Below are positions 24,409 to 35,278 of a stretch of DNA of 64,000 nt, in pieces. Positions within the stretch are counted from its first letter, which is position 1. Each line of letters begins with the position of its first letter. The stretch is from the IMG/VR virus record IMGVR_UViG_3300031998_000016, one strand, 5' to 3'. A program made the position numbers and the translations under genes. The DNA comes from an uncultured virus (IMG/VR IMGVR_UViG_3300031998_000016). Its lineage: Duplodnaviria; Heunggongvirae; Uroviricota; Caudoviricetes. The notes beneath the pieces were generated by a model. It was not told the origin of the DNA. It made no database searches and was given only the letters and a program-made list of their open reading frames with translations.

Positions 24409-24615
24409 ATGGTATATATGTCAAGAGTTTGGGAAATTAGAATTAAAGGGGAATGGTTTCCAATTCGTTGCTATTATGAGGAAGATGTGGAACCACTGTT
24501 AAATCTTTACAGAAAAAGAGGAAAAATACAAGATGAGTCAGATTATACCGTAACTACCAGATTAATGGAAATTGAACCAAGATGGGACATTTATTCCAGT
24601 GATTACGATTATTGA
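24409..24615 (+). CDS. Hypothetical early protein
   Basis: AGAAAGGA RBS. Confidence 0.55.
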   Translation: MVYMSRVWEIRIKGEWFPIRCYYEEDVEPLLNLYRKRGKIQDESDYTVTTRLMEIEPRWDIYSSDYDY

Positions 24616-25160
24616 TAAAATTTGGAAGTCTTGTCAAAAGCAAGGCTTCCATTTTCTGGTATTATAGAATTGGTAAAATATAACAAATTGCCGAGCGAGG
24701 AAAAATTTTCCATGGAAAAATATGGTAAAATGCACGGGCAATTTGGAAATATATGGAAAAATGCCCGGGCGATTTTCCAGATTTTTACAGGTCTGACAAA
24801 TCGTATAATATATGTCATAATATAACAAATGTCTTTCGGTGGAAAATTTTGGTATATATGGAACGAACAGGGAGCTACGTTCCGATGGTAAAATTTGTTA
24901 AAAAAGGAAGAAGATGGAGCTGGGTTTTTATGTCAGAAATAGGGGAAATTTTACAATGGGAGAAGCTGGGAAAACTGTAAAACCACAACATGGAAAAATA
25001 TGAGAGAACTGTGATTTCCTGACTTTGTGCATATTGCACAGTTTCAACACTGTTTTTTTTACTTGACATCTGCGGCGGGATATGGTATAATAATAACAGT
25101 GGAAGAGATAAGACCACTAAGAAGAAACAACCCAAACCCAATTTTTAGGAGGACATTATT

Positions 25161-25595
25161 ATGGAAAAATTTGTAATCACACTGGCTATTCTTTGCGCAA
25201 AGGGACAGGAAACTCAGGCTGTCAATACTTGGGAAATCACCCTTGAAACTCCAATTAAGGATATTAAGGACATGATTTCCAGTGCTGCCCAGGCTGGTTA
25301 TTTTCTGGATGTTGAGGAAATTCCTTGCGACTTTACCATTGGTTACCGCATTATAGATTTAATGTCAGCAGTTGCCACAGAAATGGGTTTCCGCCCAGTA
25401 ACTGGTATGTGGAGCGAATGTTGGTATGAAAACAATCTTGTGGTAGTTGATGAAAAACTTGGTCTGATTGGTGATGTGTCGGATGTACAGTCAGAAATTG
25501 ACAGACTTACCGATTTAATCAAAGAAATGGAAAATGAATACCATACTTACGAATCATGGAAGAAAATCCATAGAGAGGGTGAAGAGGAAGAATAA
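25161..25595 (+). CDS. Hypothetical early protein (paralog of 26581..27012)
   Basis: Shared EMG..P.TG.WSECWY..NLV and YESWKK. Confidence 0.8.
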   Translation: MEKFVITLAILCAKGQETQAVNTWEITLETPIKDIKDMISSAAQAGYFLDVEEIPCDFTIGYRIIDLMSAVATEMGFRPVTGMWSECWYENNLVVVDEKLGLIGDVSDVQSEIDRLTDLIKEMENEYHTYESWKKIHREGEEEE

Positions 25596-25967
25596 TCCAA
25601 ATTCCCCAAAATGTGGGGCTCCTACCAAAAGGTGGGAGTTCCACTAAAATTTCACTCAGTTACCATATAATCCCATGCGCCATCGAAATGGTAAATACTG
25701 GAAAAATGCCCGGGCAAATTTCCATATTATACCAACTTGTATGGCAGTTTTCCAATATATGTTAAAAATATTTTGGTGGTAAAATATGGTAAATATGGAA
25801 GGAAAAGGAGCTACGACTGGATGGTAAATTATGGTAAAAATGGATGATTAGGGAGCTGTGCAATATGCACAAATTCAACACTGATTTTTTTACTTGACTT
25901 TCGCCGCAATCCGTGGTATAATATAATCATAGAAACAAAGAGCGTAACGCTCGGAAAGAGGTATATT

Positions 25968-26177
25968 ATGGCAAGAGTAACAAAAATGATATTAGATGTT
26001 AAGGTGGCAAACATTTCCAGAAAAACTGGCAAAAATTATAAGTTAGAATATGCCAACGGTAGTGTCAGACTTTGCCGTGTTTGTGAACAGGGTGGTCTGG
26101 AAACTATTTCCCCGTTTGTCAACAAAAGAGAAATAAACGACATTTTGGATACACTTTACAAATTCCTCCATGTTTGA
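25968..26177 (+). CDS. Hypothetical early protein
   Basis: Own promoter, GAGGT RBS, terminator-like hairpin. Confidence 0.65.
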   Translation: MARVTKMILDVKVANISRKTGKNYKLEYANGSVRLCRVCEQGGLETISPFVNKREINDILDTLYKFLHV

Positions 26178-26338
26178 TAAAGTGTAGTTAATTTGATAGG
26201 TTGTTTCCTAAGTTTGGGCGATTTCGGTCGCCCTTACTTTATACCCCATTATTACCATATTATACCAAAATGCCCGGGCAGTTTTCCATATTTTGGTAAT
26301 CATGGTAGTAAATGTTTCGTCAAAATGACGATGATATT

Positions 26339-26427
26339 ATGTAACAATATTTAACGTCAATATGACGGCGCAAAATGTAACAATATTTAACGTCAATATG
26401 ACGGCGCAAAATGTAACAATATTTAAC
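26339..26427. repeat. 36-bp tandem repeat (2.5 copies) containing CGTCA-N3-TGACG palindrome
   Basis: atgtaacaatatttaacgtcaatatgacggcgcaaa at 26339 and 26375, partial at 26411. Confidence 0.9.
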
Positions 26428-26580
26428 CGCAAGATTTGATAATGGTAAAATATGTTTTCACACAGTTTTCACCAAACTATCATAATTCTATCACATTGCA
26501 GCAGTATAATGTATACATAAGGTTGAGGGAGATAAGAACCCTCACAGGAAACAAATGGTATATCTATGGAGGTAATTATT

Positions 26581-27012
26581 ATGCAGAAAATGGTAGTTTT
26601 ATTAGCAGTTATTGGTGCGAAGAAAATGGAAACTCAGGTTGGTAAGAGATGGGAAATCAGTCAGGATACGCCGGATGAGGTTATCCGTGACATGATTACC
26701 ACAGCCACCATGGACGGCTTCTATCTGGAAATTGAGGAAGTTCCGGTAGACATGGCAGTTAATAGCAGAATTGAGACAAAATTGTCAAGGGTTTCCGAAG
26801 AAATGGGTTATCACCCAATTACTGGAATATGGAGTGAATGTTGGTATAAGTACAATTTAGTTGAAGTTAATCCAATTTTTAATGTGATTGGTAATTTCGA
26901 GGAAGTTAAGACAGAATGTGACAGAATTGTAGAACGATACAAGAAAATGGAACATTTTTACTCCGATTACGAATCATGGAAAAAGTGTAACGAATTAGGA
27001 GAGTGGGAATAA
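26581..27012 (+). CDS. Hypothetical early protein (paralog of 25161..25595)
   Basis: GGAGG RBS; clear sequence similarity. Confidence 0.8.
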   Translation: MQKMVVLLAVIGAKKMETQVGKRWEISQDTPDEVIRDMITTATMDGFYLEIEEVPVDMAVNSRIETKLSRVSEEMGYHPITGIWSECWYKYNLVEVNPIFNVIGNFEEVKTECDRIVERYKKMEHFYSDYESWKKCNELGEWE

Positions 27013-27392
27013 TCTCCCATCTCTCCCATAAAAGAGGGGCTTCTGCCAAAAGGTGGAAGCCCTTCCGCACGCCCCAAAAATGGAAGATTTTGGAAAAATG
27101 CCCGGGCATTTTTCCAGTTTATGCCATTGGTATATTGTAGTAAGAGGCCCGGGCAATTTTCCAGTTTTTACCAGCTTGCACGGCATTTTTCCAATATATA
27201 ACAATAAAGGAGCTGGGATAAGCTGGTAAATATGGAACGACTAAGGAGCTGTGCATCCTGCACAAATTCAACACATATTTTTTGTGAGCTAAAAGCGTTG
27301 ACAAATGAATTGAACTATGGTATAATAATAACAGTGGAAGAGATAAGACCACTAAGAAGAAACAACAACCATTTATTAGGAGGAATTTTATT

Positions 27393-27689
27393 ATGATTAC
27401 TTTTATCAACACACTCAACGGTGAACTTATCAACCTTATTCTTACTCGCAAAAACTGGGAAACAATTATGGGATTTATCAAGGCTGGCGTTCCATTCTAT
27501 CTGTGGCTTTGCCTTGATAGTGGTTATAAATGTTCATATCATACGTTTTTCATGCTCCTCAGTGCTTGCGGCATCAAGTCTGATTGCTCATTCTATAACA
27601 CTGATGACGAGGATAATCCAGTGGTATATCGTACCATTGATGGTACACTTTATCAGGTTGACAATAAAATTTATGAAATTATCAAATAA
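27393..27689 (+). CDS. Hypothetical early protein
   Basis: Own promoter, AGGAGG RBS. Confidence 0.7.
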   Translation: MITFINTLNGELINLILTRKNWETIMGFIKAGVPFYLWLCLDSGYKCSYHTFFMLLSACGIKSDCSFYNTDDEDNPVVYRTIDGTLYQVDNKIYEIIK

Positions 27690-28099
27690 TCCATATATAC
27701 CTCATTTTGGAAGACCGTCCACAATTGTGGGCGGTTTTCCGTTTGTCCCATAATTTCCATTTTTTGGAAAAGTGCCCGGGCAATTTTCCAGTTTCTTCCA
27801 AATAGTATGGCAGTTTTCCAGATATTACAAAATTGTCCAGGCGGAAAAATATGGTAAATATGGAACGACTAGGGAGCTACGTTTGCCGCAAAAATTTTTT
27901 CAAAAACGCTTGACAAATGAGCTATAGTATGCTATAATATATATAGAAACGGAGGTGATAGCAATGAAAAAGTTACTCGGTTTCATTGCGGCATTATTCA
28001 TAGTGTGGATTATAGTTAGTTTCTTTGACGTAATTACACACAACTTAACAAATCAAGAGTATTTAAGTTTTAATGCATTTAAGGTATTTATGGAGGTAA

Positions 28100-28393
28100 T
28101 TGACAATGTTTGATGTAACAAAAGTAGACTTTACAAGACCAATCACAAGGCAAATTTGTGAAACAGTTAAAAAGTATAATAATTTAACAGGAATTAACCA
28201 CGGTACTATTGACATCGTGGATTGGAACGATAAGACAAATGAAGTAACGATTAAAATTACTGACGGCGAAAAGTCAGCAGTTACGACAGATACTCGTGAA
28301 GCAATACATTTTTCGTTAAAACTTTTACTTTGTACTGCTACACTGATAAATCAGGCAATAAACACACCAAATGTTGCAGGGATAATGGACTGA
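28100..28393 (+). CDS. Hypothetical early protein
   Basis: GGAGG RBS; preceded by a 49-aa hydrophobic ORF (27964..28113). Confidence 0.65.
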   Translation: MTMFDVTKVDFTRPITRQICETVKKYNNLTGINHGTIDIVDWNDKTNEVTIKITDGEKSAVTTDTREAIHFSLKLLLCTATLINQAINTPNVAGIMD

Positions 28394-28601
28394 TAAATAG
28401 AAAAATATGGTAGAACTTTGGCGGTATTCGTACCGCCACTTTTTTTGTGGTATAAATGGTAAATTATGGAAAATCGCCCGGGCATTTTTCCAATAAAATC
28501 CATAAAAAATTTTTTTAAAAAGTGCTTGACAAATGACCGCCTATATGGTATAATATAATTACAGGGTAAGGGAAACAACCAATTAGAAAGGACTTGATTT
28601 T

Positions 28602-28847
28602 ATGAAAAATTTTAAGGGTGTAACAGTAATTGAGGTAATAGTATCACTGGCAATTGTTGGCGTACTTGCCGCAATTCTCGTAGGTGATTATAGTCAGTAC
28701 AAGGAAGATACTGCCAAATATAACCACGGTATTTGTACAGGTTGTGGCGGCAATTGGAAATGTATAGAGGTTAGAGGTGACAGCACTATGTTATATAGAT
28801 GTAACGAGTGCGGAGAAGTTTTTACTACACAGTTTAAATTAAAGTAA
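28602..28847 (+). CDS. Prepilin-type N-terminal motif protein with C-terminal zinc ribbon
   Basis: MKNFKG|VTVIEVIVSLAIVGVLAAILV then CTGCGG...CNECG. Confidence 0.7.
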   Translation: MKNFKGVTVIEVIVSLAIVGVLAAILVGDYSQYKEDTAKYNHGICTGCGGNWKCIEVRGDSTMLYRCNECGEVFTTQFKLK

Positions 28848-29203
28848 TAAGGAGTTTTAGAAATGAAGAATTATAGAAGTTTTGTTGACGTAAAGGCATT
28901 TGCTCAGAGTGCCGGACTTACAGGATTAATTATCTTAGTAGTTAACATTCTGTTTGGTTAATTGATATTTTCACACCTCCAAGGTTGTTTCTATAATGGA
29001 AAAGGTTGGGCGAAAGTCCAGCCTTTTTCTTTGCCGCAAAATTGGAAAGTTTTACCAAATTGCCCGGGCGATTTTCCAACTATTTCCAACCCTACCATAA
29101 AAAATTTTTAAAAAAGTGTTGACAAATACCCGTCAGTATGGTATAATATAATTACAGGGTAAGGGGAAAGAAACAACCCGATAGTAGAAAGGAATGGTTT
29201 ATT

Positions 29204-29392
29204 ATGCCAACAAGAGAGGAATTTATGGTTTTACTCGGTGAAAACCTGAGTGAGGAAGAATGTGTTAGATTATTCGGTTGTCACAAGGATGATTTACTCG
29301 ATGCTAACGTAAAGTGGGATTATAATTTTGAAACAGAATACGGCATTTTCTGTCAGGAAATGGAATACGCAGAAGAAGTATTAAATAAGTAA
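29204..29392 (+). CDS. Hypothetical early protein
   Basis: Own promoter and RBS. Confidence 0.6.
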   Translation: MPTREEFMVLLGENLSEEECVRLFGCHKDDLLDANVKWDYNFETEYGIFCQEMEYAEEVLNK

Positions 29393-29407
29393 AGAGAGGT
29401 ATTTAAC

Positions 29408-29653
29408 ATGAAAATAATTGATAAAACAAGAAGACCGGATGTTGTTGAATTCGTTGACATTGAAGCGGGTGAGTGTTTTAAGGTGGTTGACAGCCGCTTT
29501 GACAATGAGGACGCCATTTTTATAAGGACGAATGTTAATGTTTATGATGATAATAACGCCGTCTGTTTAAATGACGGTATAATTGAATGTTTTCCGAGTG
29601 ATACAGAATGTATTCTTGTAGACGTTGAACTTACGGTAACACACAAAAAGTAA
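29408..29653 (+). CDS. Hypothetical protein (paralog of 30247..30468)
   Basis: IIDKT...F..IE.G..FK...DNNA pattern shared. Confidence 0.7.
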   Translation: MKIIDKTRRPDVVEFVDIEAGECFKVVDSRFDNEDAIFIRTNVNVYDDNNAVCLNDGIIECFPSDTECILVDVELTVTHKK

Positions 29654-29819
29654 AATTTTGGGCGGCTTTCGAGCCGCTCATTATTTTATACCATAATTAC
29701 CATTTTTTACCAATTCGCCCGGGCGATTTTCCATAAACTACCAAATAAAAATTTTTAAAAAGGTGTTGACATTGCCGCAAAACTATGGTATAATAAATAT
29801 AGTAAAGGAGGTTACTAAT

Positions 29820-30263
29820 ATGGTATCAAACATATTTTTGTTATTAACATTACAACTAACTATGCCGGCAGATAATTACAATTCATGGTTCTCACCAGAA
29901 ATTGCCAGTGTAGTGGCAGATGCCACAGTTAATGGAGAATACTACCAGCACTTGGATTTCAATGGTGATGGTGTATTAAATGCAGTAGATGCTTTTAGCA
30001 TTTACAAGCGTTATGCAGAAAATGAAACATATGGTAATGAGTTGACAATTGACGAGAATACAATCTATAGCATCGTGGAAGAAAATTACAATCTCGACAA
30101 TGTTATGGAGTGGGAACTTATGGGATATGACAATAAGTTCTCAGAAATGTCAAATGTCGATTTACTTGTCAGAATGAATGATGGTACGGCAGAAATAATA
30201 ACATTAGTGGTAAACCCAATTGAAGAAAGGATAACGGTGGTAGAAAATGGCAGAGATTATTGA
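29820..30263 (+). CDS. Protein with dockerin-like / EF-hand Ca-binding repeat
   Basis: HLDFNGDGVLNAVDAFSIYKRY; hydrophobic N-terminus; AAGGAGG RBS. Confidence 0.6.
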   Translation: MVSNIFLLLTLQLTMPADNYNSWFSPEIASVVADATVNGEYYQHLDFNGDGVLNAVDAFSIYKRYAENETYGNELTIDENTIYSIVEENYNLDNVMEWELMGYDNKFSEMSNVDLLVRMNDGTAEIITLVVNPIEERITVVENGRDY

Positions 30264-30468
30264 TAGAACAATCTTAAAAAAGGAAAATTTTGGAGTTCTT
30301 GAAATAGGTACTTATTTTAAACTTTATGGTAAGTTATATGTAAAAATTGACTATTCTGATGAAGATAATAATGCTTTTGAATTAAAAGGAAACCATCTTA
30401 ACACCTTAGAAACGAATGATGAGGTAGAAATAGTTGACGTAGATTTTATAGTTAAGAATCCACAGTAA
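30247..30468 (+). CDS. Hypothetical protein (paralog of 29408..29653)
   Basis: Sequence similarity; overlaps upstream gene. Confidence 0.65.
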   Translation: MAEIIDRTILKKENFGVLEIGTYFKLYGKLYVKIDYSDEDNNAFELKGNHLNTLETNDEVEIVDVDFIVKNPQ

Positions 30469-30683
30469 AAAACTGGGCGGCATTTATTGCCGCTCTTTTC
30501 GTTTATTCCAAAAATGGTAAATTTTGGAAAAGTGCCCGGGCGATTTTCCATAAAAATCCAATAAAAAAATTTTTAAAAAGTGTTGACAACCGCCGCAAAG
30601 TGTGCTATAATATAATTACAGGGTAAGAGAAAACCCTAAACGAAAAGAACAACAACTAATTGTAAACTATGGAGGAATGTATT

Positions 30684-31082
30684 ATGTTTATGAATCTTGT
30701 GTATATTGATATGGACGTTAAAAGAGAATTTGAATTCAGATTTAACCTTGCCGGACAGCGTGAACTCGGAGAAAATGCACCACTTTGGCAGAAAGTAACA
30801 GAAATCGCAGATAATGAATTTCCATTCCAGTTAATTGGAAGCGCAGAAGATATCAGGGAATTTCTTACAAAAGACTTAGAACTTCACAAAGAATGTAAAA
30901 ATGACATTATGGTTTGGGGTGATACAGAGGTTAAAACAACTGAATACTGGTATCAGTTCCGTAATGGAGTTCTCAAAAGCTTACAGGGATGGGAAAAAAC
31001 TTACAAGGCAAAACTTAATTGGTTTATGAGAGAAAAGGAAGATATTGAAAGAACAATTGACAATATAAGGGATAACGGTTGA
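30684..31082 (+). CDS. Hypothetical early protein
   Basis: Own promoter, GGAGG RBS. Confidence 0.7.
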   Translation: MFMNLVYIDMDVKREFEFRFNLAGQRELGENAPLWQKVTEIADNEFPFQLIGSAEDIREFLTKDLELHKECKNDIMVWGDTEVKTTEYWYQFRNGVLKSLQGWEKTYKAKLNWFMREKEDIERTIDNIRDNG

Positions 31083-31341
31083 TATTATCTAACTCCTAAG
31101 GTTGTTTCCATAAAACTGGAAGTGCGGTGAGAAATTGCCGCACTTTCCTTTTGTACCATTACTGGAAAATTTTGGCAAAGTGCCCGGGCGTTTTTCCAGA
31201 AAATGGTAAATATACCATAAAATAATTTTTTAAAAACTTTTAAAAAAGTGTTGACAACCGCCGCAAAGTGTGCTATAATATAATTACAGGGTAAGGGAAA
31301 CACCTTACGAAACAACCTCAATTCAGAAAGGACTAAAGATT

Positions 31342-31953
31342 ATGAAAATTTTAAAGACTAAGAAAGCAGTTAACTCATGGGTAGTAGACATGGTAAGAAG
31401 TCTTACCAGTTTCTGTCAGGCAGAATATGACAGGGTAAGCAACAAGGATGGCGGCAAGGTAAATTTTGACAACTGGTGTCAACCGGAACTCTATGCCAGC
31501 GATAAACTCGGAGTGTGTCAGATTTACGGCAACATCGTGGTAACATCAACAGCAACAGGACTGACAGTAATTACCAACATTAAAACTGGCAAGCGTGCGG
31601 AAGCGCAGTTAAGTCCATCAGACAAGTTTAACGCACAGTACGGGCTTGCACTTGCTTGGGCACGTTACAGTCACCGTGAAATTCCACTTACTGGCAAGTA
31701 CGTAGACTGGGAAAACTTGGCAAGCGGTGACGTTTTCATCGACTTTAATGATAAACCTTATATTGTTTGTGGACTTAATGTCATCGCAGATATGGTAACT
31801 AATGTAGATGCGACAGAACCATGTAATTCTTATACTTGTGGTCATGTTTATGACAATATGACAGTTGATTTAAGACGCACGGTAACAAAAACATACGGCG
31901 CATACTCCAGTGTATTTAAATTAGACATTACACCAGCAAATCTTACATTTTAA
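31342..31953 (+). CDS. Hypothetical early protein (family with 32820, 36776, 36013)
   Basis: N.KTGK and D.F....G.ALAW.RY motif shared. Confidence 0.75.
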   Translation: MKILKTKKAVNSWVVDMVRSLTSFCQAEYDRVSNKDGGKVNFDNWCQPELYASDKLGVCQIYGNIVVTSTATGLTVITNIKTGKRAEAQLSPSDKFNAQYGLALAWARYSHREIPLTGKYVDWENLASGDVFIDFNDKPYIVCGLNVIADMVTNVDATEPCNSYTCGHVYDNMTVDLRRTVTKTYGAYSSVFKLDITPANLTF

Positions 31954-32143
31954 TCATTTTGCCGCTCAGAAATGGGCGGCACCTTTTTATTACCATTACT
32001 GGAAAATTTTGGCAAAGTGCCCGGGCAAATTTACATAAAAATCCAATAAAAAAATTTTTAAAAAACTATTGACTTTTACACCCCGTTGTGATATAATATA
32101 ATTACAGGGTAAAGGAAACAACCACTTGAAAGGACTTGATTTT

Positions 32144-32476
32144 ATGACACTTAATCTTAAAAACGCTTATAGACTTATTGCCGCTATGTCAGCAGTTATC
32201 AATGATAACAATGACCATACAGTTGATGATGTCAACAGCGCATGGGAAACTATTGACAACCTTGCCGACTACTATGATGAATATAAAGACAAGGCATTTG
32301 CGGTTGAATACTATGCCGACTTATTCAGAAAAACATATGAACCGATTATTGATTGTTTGGAAAGGTTTGATGGTGATGACCATATACTGGAACTTACCGC
32401 CGGTTGCATATGGACTAAACTTCGCAGAGTGCGTGACGCACTGATGTGGGATATTAAGGAAGAAATCATCCACTAA
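32144..32476 (+). CDS. Hypothetical early protein
   Basis: Own promoter and GAAAGGA RBS. Confidence 0.7.
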   Translation: MTLNLKNAYRLIAAMSAVINDNNDHTVDDVNSAWETIDNLADYYDEYKDKAFAVEYYADLFRKTYEPIIDCLERFDGDDHILELTAGCIWTKLRRVRDALMWDIKEEIIH

Positions 32477-32819
32477 TTGACCATATATACCTCCATTTGG
32501 AAGACCGCTCAGAAATGGGCGGTTTTCCTTTTATGGTATTACTGGAAAATTGTGGAAAAATGCCCGGGCGATTTTCCAGATTTTACCAATTTCTCCAATT
32601 CTTGATTTCGCCGCCAAATTCTTACATCTCTCCCATATCATGGCAGTCTGGGAATATATGGAATATATGGGAGCTACGAGCAGAGCTGGGAGCTACATCC
32701 ATTAGCTATCCTGCGAAAAAATTTTTTAAAAACGCTTGACAAATGAGCTATGATATGCTATAATATATACATAAGATAAAGACAGGTTATAAGTCTTAAA
32801 AACCGGAAAGGATTTTACT

Positions 32820-33272
32820 ATGAAAAATTTTAACTATCGTGACATTAATGCGGCTATCAAGGCAATTCGTGCGGCTTTTGAAGAATTTGCTTCAAAGAAC
32901 TATAAGACAACTCACTATGACTGCTACACTAACTGGAAGACAAATACTGTTACGTTAGTACGTGTCAACAGTCGTGGCGTAAAAAGCTGGGAAGCTAAGA
33001 CGCATCCAAATGATACATTTTATGAAGAAATTGGTGTAGCACTGGTAATGCTGAGAGCAATGGGAATCCAGCAAATTCCACCATGTTTCAATGGAAAATG
33101 GATAAAAGCGGAAGACCTTCAGATTGGAGAAGAATTTGTAACTTATGGCAGATTTGGTGCTCACCGCCATGTTGCAAATGGTCCGGATAAAAATGGTGAT
33201 ATTATCTATGATGACGATAAGACAACTGGTGGATATAATATCATGAGAGCCGATGCTTTTGTAATGATTTAA
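32820..33272 (+). CDS. Hypothetical early protein
   Basis: HPNDTFYEEIGVALVMLR motif, family with 31342. Confidence 0.75.
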   Translation: MKNFNYRDINAAIKAIRAAFEEFASKNYKTTHYDCYTNWKTNTVTLVRVNSRGVKSWEAKTHPNDTFYEEIGVALVMLRAMGIQQIPPCFNGKWIKAEDLQIGEEFVTYGRFGAHRHVANGPDKNGDIIYDDDKTTGGYNIMRADAFVMI

Positions 33273-33541
33273 GACTTTTTGCCGCTCAGAAATGGGCGGC
33301 ACTTTTGTATAGTAGAATTGGTAAATTTTACCAAATCGCCCGGGCGGTTTTCCAGAAAATGGTAATTCTTCCATATTTCGCCGCGAAAAAAAATTTTTTA
33401 AAAACTTTTAAAAAAGTGTTGACAAACAGACTAAGATGTGCTATAATATAATTACAGGGTAAGGGAAACGACCTAAGCCCTAAGTAAACAATAATTCTAA
33501 AGTCAGGTAACAAGACTATAAAACCGGAAGGACTAATTACC

Positions 33542-34039
33542 ATGAAAAGAAACTCTACACCAAACACACTTAAGTCACTTAACATTGAAGCAATTTTTTC
33601 TCACAGTGAAGACTATCTGTCAACAAAGAAGTCATTGCCAGCTGTTACCAGCGCTCTTAAAGAAGCTATTGACAGCTTAAAGAACATCAGTGAAGATGAT
33701 TATGACAATATTGCCGAATTCTGCCATGATGCTATGACAGCTACAAAGAAGGCAAAGAGAATCAAGAGAAACGAAACATATCTGGAAGAATACACCAAAA
33801 TGTTCCTTGCAAATATGAAAGAGGGTGAGTGGTATTCTAAGAATCTTTTAGCAAGTTTTGCCAACTCTAACATGGCTTTCGCAAAAAAAGATACCAAATT
33901 TGATAACCAGTGCTACGGGCATGACCATATAGTTACTGTATGTATGGACCGCCTTATAAAAGAGGGTAAAGTAATTACTCACCGTGTATATCGTTACGGC
34001 ACAATTTACTCACTTTTACCAACTAAGGAAGATTTCTAA
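33542..34039 (+). CDS. Hypothetical protein, C-terminal winged-helix-like (paralog of 34371)
   Basis: Shared IKRN...YE.Y...L.N...G..Y and MDRL+..G motifs. Confidence 0.7.
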   Translation: MKRNSTPNTLKSLNIEAIFSHSEDYLSTKKSLPAVTSALKEAIDSLKNISEDDYDNIAEFCHDAMTATKKAKRIKRNETYLEEYTKMFLANMKEGEWYSKNLLASFANSNMAFAKKDTKFDNQCYGHDHIVTVCMDRLIKEGKVITHRVYRYGTIYSLLPTKEDF

Positions 34040-34370
34040 TCTTATGGGTTTCTGAGGGATTTCCCACCAAAAAGTCCCATCCCAATATTTTCATACCTCC
34101 GTAGGTTGTTTCTTAAAAGTTTGGACGGTTTATACCGTCCATTCTTTTTTATCCATAAATGGTAATTTCTACCAAAATGCCCGGGCGCTTTGCCAAATCC
34201 TTCCATATTTACCATAAAATAATTTTTAAAAAATTTTAAAAAAACTATTGACAAATGCGCCCCTATATGATATAATATAATTACAGGGTAAGGGAAACGA
34301 CCTAAACCCTAAGAAAACTAATTTACTATCGACAGGTTCAAGTCGTTAAAACCGGAAAGGAATTACCAAT

Positions 34371-34859
34371 ATGTTTACACAGACTTTAGTTGAAACAGAA
34401 AGATTTTCACCAATGGGCTACAGAGCATCTGTAGAATTTAATGACGAAGCTGTAAAGGAAAATCTTTGCAGAGCACTTGCAGCTGTTAATGCGGCTACAG
34501 AAGCTATGGCACAGCTGGACACTTCTGACATTGAAGAGGTTGAAGAAGGTGTTGATGATATTCTTAGAGCTTTAAAAATGGTAAAGCGTGAAAAGACAAC
34601 CATTAAGAGAAATGACCACCGCAAAACTCAGTATGAGGATTATATGGATATTATTCTCAAAAACACAGAAGTTGGCGGCGCATACGTTATGTCACATCTC
34701 ATGGCAGAACTTGGTGAAATGGTAAAGCATGGCGGATACCGTGAAGATTTCGGTTATAATGCAGATATGTTCAGAACAGTCATGGATAGACTGGTAGAAG
34801 TTGGTACATTCAAAGTTACAATGGTTAGCACAATAACAGTATTTACAAGGGAGAAATAA
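34371..34859 (+). CDS. Hypothetical protein, C-terminal winged-helix-like (paralog of 33542)
   Basis: Same shared motifs as 33542; own promoter. Confidence 0.7.
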   Translation: MFTQTLVETERFSPMGYRASVEFNDEAVKENLCRALAAVNAATEAMAQLDTSDIEEVEEGVDDILRALKMVKREKTTIKRNDHRKTQYEDYMDIILKNTEVGGAYVMSHLMAELGEMVKHGGYREDFGYNADMFRTVMDRLVEVGTFKVTMVSTITVFTREK

Positions 34860-35278
34860 TTATGGCAGAAATTAAAAAAGGACTTCATGTTACCAAAAAG
34901 GGAAAACATTACATACTAACAAAGGAGGAGGCAATTGCTTACCTCACCGCCCTCAATGAAAGGGCAAAAGCGAGAAAACAGGCAAAAATTGACATGGGAT
35001 TCACAAAGTAAAACTAAAGTCGCTCAGAAATGGGCGGCTTTTCCATTTACCATTGAGATGGCAATTTCTACCAAAATGCCCGGGCACTTTGCCAAATTTT
35101 TCCAATTATACCATAAAATAATTTTTAAATTTTTTTAGAAAAACTATTGACATTCTAATAAATCTATGCTATAATATATACATAAGGTTGAGGGAAACAA
35201 AAACCTAAAACCTTAAATCATTCATTATTTATATTCATTGTCACGTTCAAGACGTTAAAACGGAAAGGTAGAAAAATT

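Noticed and set aside
23640..26430. 36-bp repeats at ~23715-23787 and 26339-26427 as CRISPR arrays
   Set aside because: Directly tandem, no unique spacers, no cas genes
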